From positions 27,538,374 to 27,602,373 of the forward strand of contig NC_057746.1 of the NCBI RefSeq assembly GCF_004010195.1: a stretch of DNA of 64,000 nucleotides, given 5' to 3'. Under the pieces are notes generated by a model that saw only the letters and a list, made by a program, of their open reading frames with translations, had not been told where the DNA came from and did not search any database. This document shows, piece by piece, positions 60,618 to 64,000 of this stretch. Both the position numbers and the translations under genes were made by a program. Source of the stretch: Chiloscyllium plagiosum (lineage: Eukaryota). Within the stretch, counting starts at the first letter, position 1, and each line of letters begins with the position of its first letter.

Positions 60618-60901
60618 GGGACAGCACGGTGACAAAAATCCTCATAGTGCCAGGAACCTGAGATCAATTCCAGCCTTGCATTACTGCCTATGTGGAACAT
60701 GTTCACACCAGGTGCTCCGATTTCCTCCACACAGTCTAAAGATGTGCAGGTTAGGTGGATTGCCCATGCTAAATTGCCCCATAGAGGTGCACAGGCTAGG
60801 TGATTTAGTGATTGAAAATGCAGAATCAAAGGTATAGTGTGGCGGGGTGGGATGCACTTGATTCAGAATCGATGGGCTTTCTGCACTGTAGGAATTCTAT
60901 G
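60618..60901 (+). mobile_element. Decayed HE1-type SINE
   Basis: CACAGTCTAAAGATGTGCAGGTTAGGTGGATTGCCCATGCTAAATTGCCCC core. Confidence 0.75.
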
Positions 60902-61544
60902 TGTGCGATGTTGTTAGCCATATATTAGTTGAACACTGATGAAGATGAACCCCAAAATAATGAATAGTTCTTTACACCACTGGCTCTCATATCAGATAAA
61001 TAGACAAGTGGACCTTATAACTCCATACCAAAGGCCGCCACATTGACTTAGCGGAAAGCTGTTAAGATGTAATGGTAGGCAAAAGAAATGTTGTAATGAA
61101 AAGGTGCAGTTTCACAATTTTAATGCCTACCTCAAGTACCAATACGAATTGACATAAAACAACATTTGGAGTTAACTGCCATTTCTGAAGAAAAAGATCA
61201 AATATTGATTATGTCCGATCTGAAGCAGAGTTGTGGGAACACCACTGATTATGAGCATGCGCTGTGCAATGGAATGTGCCAGAATAAAGACAGAGCCCGT
61301 GCCAAGGGCGAAATACTAAGTCATATTCGACAAGATATTGCAAATATTTTGTAACCAATCTTTTTAGAAATATTATTACATACCTCTTGAGTACATAGGA
61401 CTTGAACTGAGCCTTGCTATTCAGAGGTCGGAGCTACAAGTAGGACAGAGAAATGTGTCAATTTATACCTAAGATTGATTGGCAATGTAAGACTAGCATG
61501 AAGATATATTTGGTGGCTATTGTTTCACTAAGTAAATTTTTCGC

Positions 61545-62280
61545 ATGATGAACAGTAGGACCCTGGGAAGCACTGAGGATCAGAGAGCCGTTTTAGTGCA
61601 TGCATGTCAGTCCCATTAGGTTCAGGACAGGTAGATCAAGTGGTTGAGAAGGCATTTGGTGTGTGTGCCGTTATTAGGCAAGGCATACAGTTTAAGAGCA
61701 GGGAGACTTTGCTGGAAATGTATAAAGCTGTAAGGCCACAGCTCGAATATTGTGTGCAGTTCTGGAATTCAAATTCAAGGGGGGATGTGATTGCACAGGA
61801 GAAGGTGTAAAGGAGACTTACCAGGACGTTGCCTGGGCTAGAGAGTTTTAGCTACGAAGAGAGATTGGACAGACTGGAGTTGTTTTTGTTAGAGCAGAGG
61901 AGATTAAGAGGTCACATGATTGAGATGTATCAAGTTATGAGAGGCATAGATAGGATAGACAGGAAGACATTTACCTGTCAATGAAAGGATCTGCGATCAG
62001 ATGACATAGATTTCAGATAATGCGTGAGACATTTAAAGGGATGTGAGAAAAAATACATTTTTAGCTGGAGGATGGTGCGAAGCTGCAACTCACTGCCTCA
62101 GTGGTGGTAGTAACAGAAACTTGCATAACATTGAAACAAGCATTTAAATGTGCACTTGTAATGCCAAGGCATACAAGGCTATGGGCCAAGAGTTTTAAAA
62201 TAGCATTGGATTAGTTAATTGAATGTTTTTGACTGACATGGGTGTGATGGGCCAAAGAGCTTTTTTCTGATCCTATGACT
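61545..62280 (+). mobile_element. CR1 LINE 3' fragment
   Basis: VRPQLEYCVQFW motif, FSYEERLDRL motif and 3' UTR. Confidence 0.85.
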
Positions 62281-62593
62281 TTTGATATTGAATAGCTAAT
62301 ATCTTCACACCAGGTTATTGCTTATACATGTATGATTATGGTGTCATCAGGAGATATTATATGAAAGGGTGAAGATTTACCAAGCTGAAGTTATAAAGCA
62401 CAAAACTTTAACACAGGCAGGTTTCTGAGAATGATCACTTTCCATGCTATGTGGCCACCTCTTTGGCAATACGGCTTGCTATCAAATGGAAGTATTGACA
62501 TTCAAAGCAAGATACGATTCTATGATCGTGTGAGGTTTCTCATCTGAAACAAATGGTCATTCATGCGGCCTTTTTGCTGACCATGTCTAGGTG

Positions 62594-62802
62594 GTCGAGA
62601 GTGTGTTGCTGGAAAAGCACAGCAGGTCAGGCAGCACCCGAGGAGCAGGAGAATCATTGTTTCAAGATATGCCCTTCATCGGGAAGGGCTTATGCCCGAA
62701 ACATCGATTCTTCTGCTCCTTGGATGCTGCCTGACCTGCTGAGCTTTTCCAGCAACACACTCTTGACTCTGAGCTCCAGCATCTGCAGTCCTCATTTTCT
62801 CC
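62594..62802. mobile_element. Penelope pLTR head-to-head palindrome
   Basis: Imperfect inverted arms of about 85 bp (62594-62677 / 62683-62766) meeting at the hammerhead stem II sequence GAAGGGCTTATGCCCGAAAC. Confidence 0.8.
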
Positions 62803-63087
62803 TATATCTAAGGACAACTGAATTACCAGGGTGAATTTTGGATTCTTTGAATCATGCAATAAACTCAGGACGGATTAGAAAAGGATTGAAAGTTTAAAAA
62901 GGTGTAAAAATAAAACAAACACAAATTTTAAAAAATGTTTATTGGATTTGATAAAGGAACGATTCCTCACTTTAAAAAAAAAGAAAGTGAATTCATTATT
63001 TTATGATTTACTAGCTCAGAGGCTGGGAATCCTGCAAGTGAATAACTCAGCCTTGTGACATCTCAAACTCTATTCACAAGAAGCCAA

Positions 63088-63432
63088 AGTTAAAAATCAG
63101 ACAACGCCAGGTTATAGTCCAACAGGTTTACTTGGAAGCACTAGCTTTCAGAGCAATGCTCCTTCATCAGGTAGCTGTGGAGCAGCACCGTAAGACACAG
63201 AATTCATTGGAAAAAATTGCAGTGTCATGCAACTGAAATTATATATATTGAACAAACCTAGATTGTTGTTAAGTCTTTCATCTTTTAGAAGGTGTTCCAG
63301 GTTTTTGGGCATTAATATGTAAATTCCAGAACGTCTTTTAAGTCACATTCTCAAGATAACTTGTTGGATTATAACCCGGTGGTATGTGATTTTTAACTTG
63401 TTCCACCCCAGTCCATCACTGGCTCCTTCATA
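63088..63432 (-). mobile_element. Penelope-derived element with inverted pLTR ends and an intact hammerhead motif
   Basis: Same terminal arms as 15187; 12-bp TSD ACAAGAAGCCAA (63076-63087, 63433-63444). Confidence 0.8.
63139..63173 (-). ncRNA. Minimal type I hammerhead ribozyme motif (PLE-associated)
   Basis: UAC-CUGAUGA-A-GGAGC(AUU)GCUCU-GAAA-GC-UA-GUG; core intact, G-U wobbles in the stems. Confidence 0.65.
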
Positions 63433-64000
63433 ACAAGAAGCCAAGTAAGAGGCATCATAGGAAATGCTCCACGTGCCTGAATATCAAGAAACTTAATATT
63501 ATTCATGAGAAAGTGAATGCTCAATTCACCAAGCAAATATCACTTACTCTGTCAGCAAGCCACTGTGTCTGGTGAATTAACAAACTGTATCATGCACTTA
63601 GCCAACTTATGAAATCTTCAACAGAATCTTTCAAACCACATACTGCCACGTGTAGGACAAAGGCAGTAAATTCTTGGGATCACCTTTGTAATGTCCCTTC
63701 CAAGATACACACTATCCCTATCTGGAACTACATCTCCACACCTTCACTAACACTGGATAACATCAATAGCTGCCCTACCAATCAGGAGTGTGGGTGCCCC
63801 TCCACCACAAAGACTGCAGCAGTTCATCAAGGCTGCTTGCCAGCACCTTACTAAGTTATGCTGACCTTGCTAGTGACAACCACATTCAGTGAAGGAATAA
63901 GTCAGAACAACGTGAACGATGTTGCACAAACAACAGGATGTAGTGCCACCTTCCACCCGTAGAGGAACATTTCAGGCAGGAAGATCCTTCGGTTCCTGAA

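Noticed and set aside
46022-64000. Alternative C-terminal domain for TRIM-C (for example cyclophilin as in TRIMCyp, or a SPRY exon)
   Set aside because: No such ORF is visible; the long ORFs here are LINE-derived or low complexity.

Overview
Eukaryotic genomic DNA, very likely from a shark or other elasmobranch, judged from HE1-type tRNA-derived SINEs, abundant CR1 LINEs and Penelope-like elements. The window holds three paralogous spliced class IV TRIM genes (RING, B-box2, coiled coil, PRY-SPRY) of the A33/NF7/TRIM69/TRIM35-like group. All share the exon pattern ~420/96/234/23/110-116/terminal. TRIM-A (+, 1477-16983, 479 aa) and TRIM-B (-, 38739-31272, 478 aa) are complete and tail-to-tail. 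TRIM-C (+, from 43600) is head-to-head with TRIM-B, has a divergent RING, and has no PRY-SPRY exon in the remaining 18 kb. Reading through its exon-5 donor gives a stop after a CaaX-like tail (CSMS) with AATAAA just downstream, suggesting a SPRY-less, possibly farnesylated isoform. The rest is mostly transposon debris: CR1 and other LINEs, SINEs, and small TSD-flanked Penelope-derived elements carrying minimal hammerhead ribozyme motifs. There is also a 51-nt templated copy of exon 3 inside a LINE in TRIM-A intron 1. All coordinates were read by eye, and repeat boundaries are approximate.
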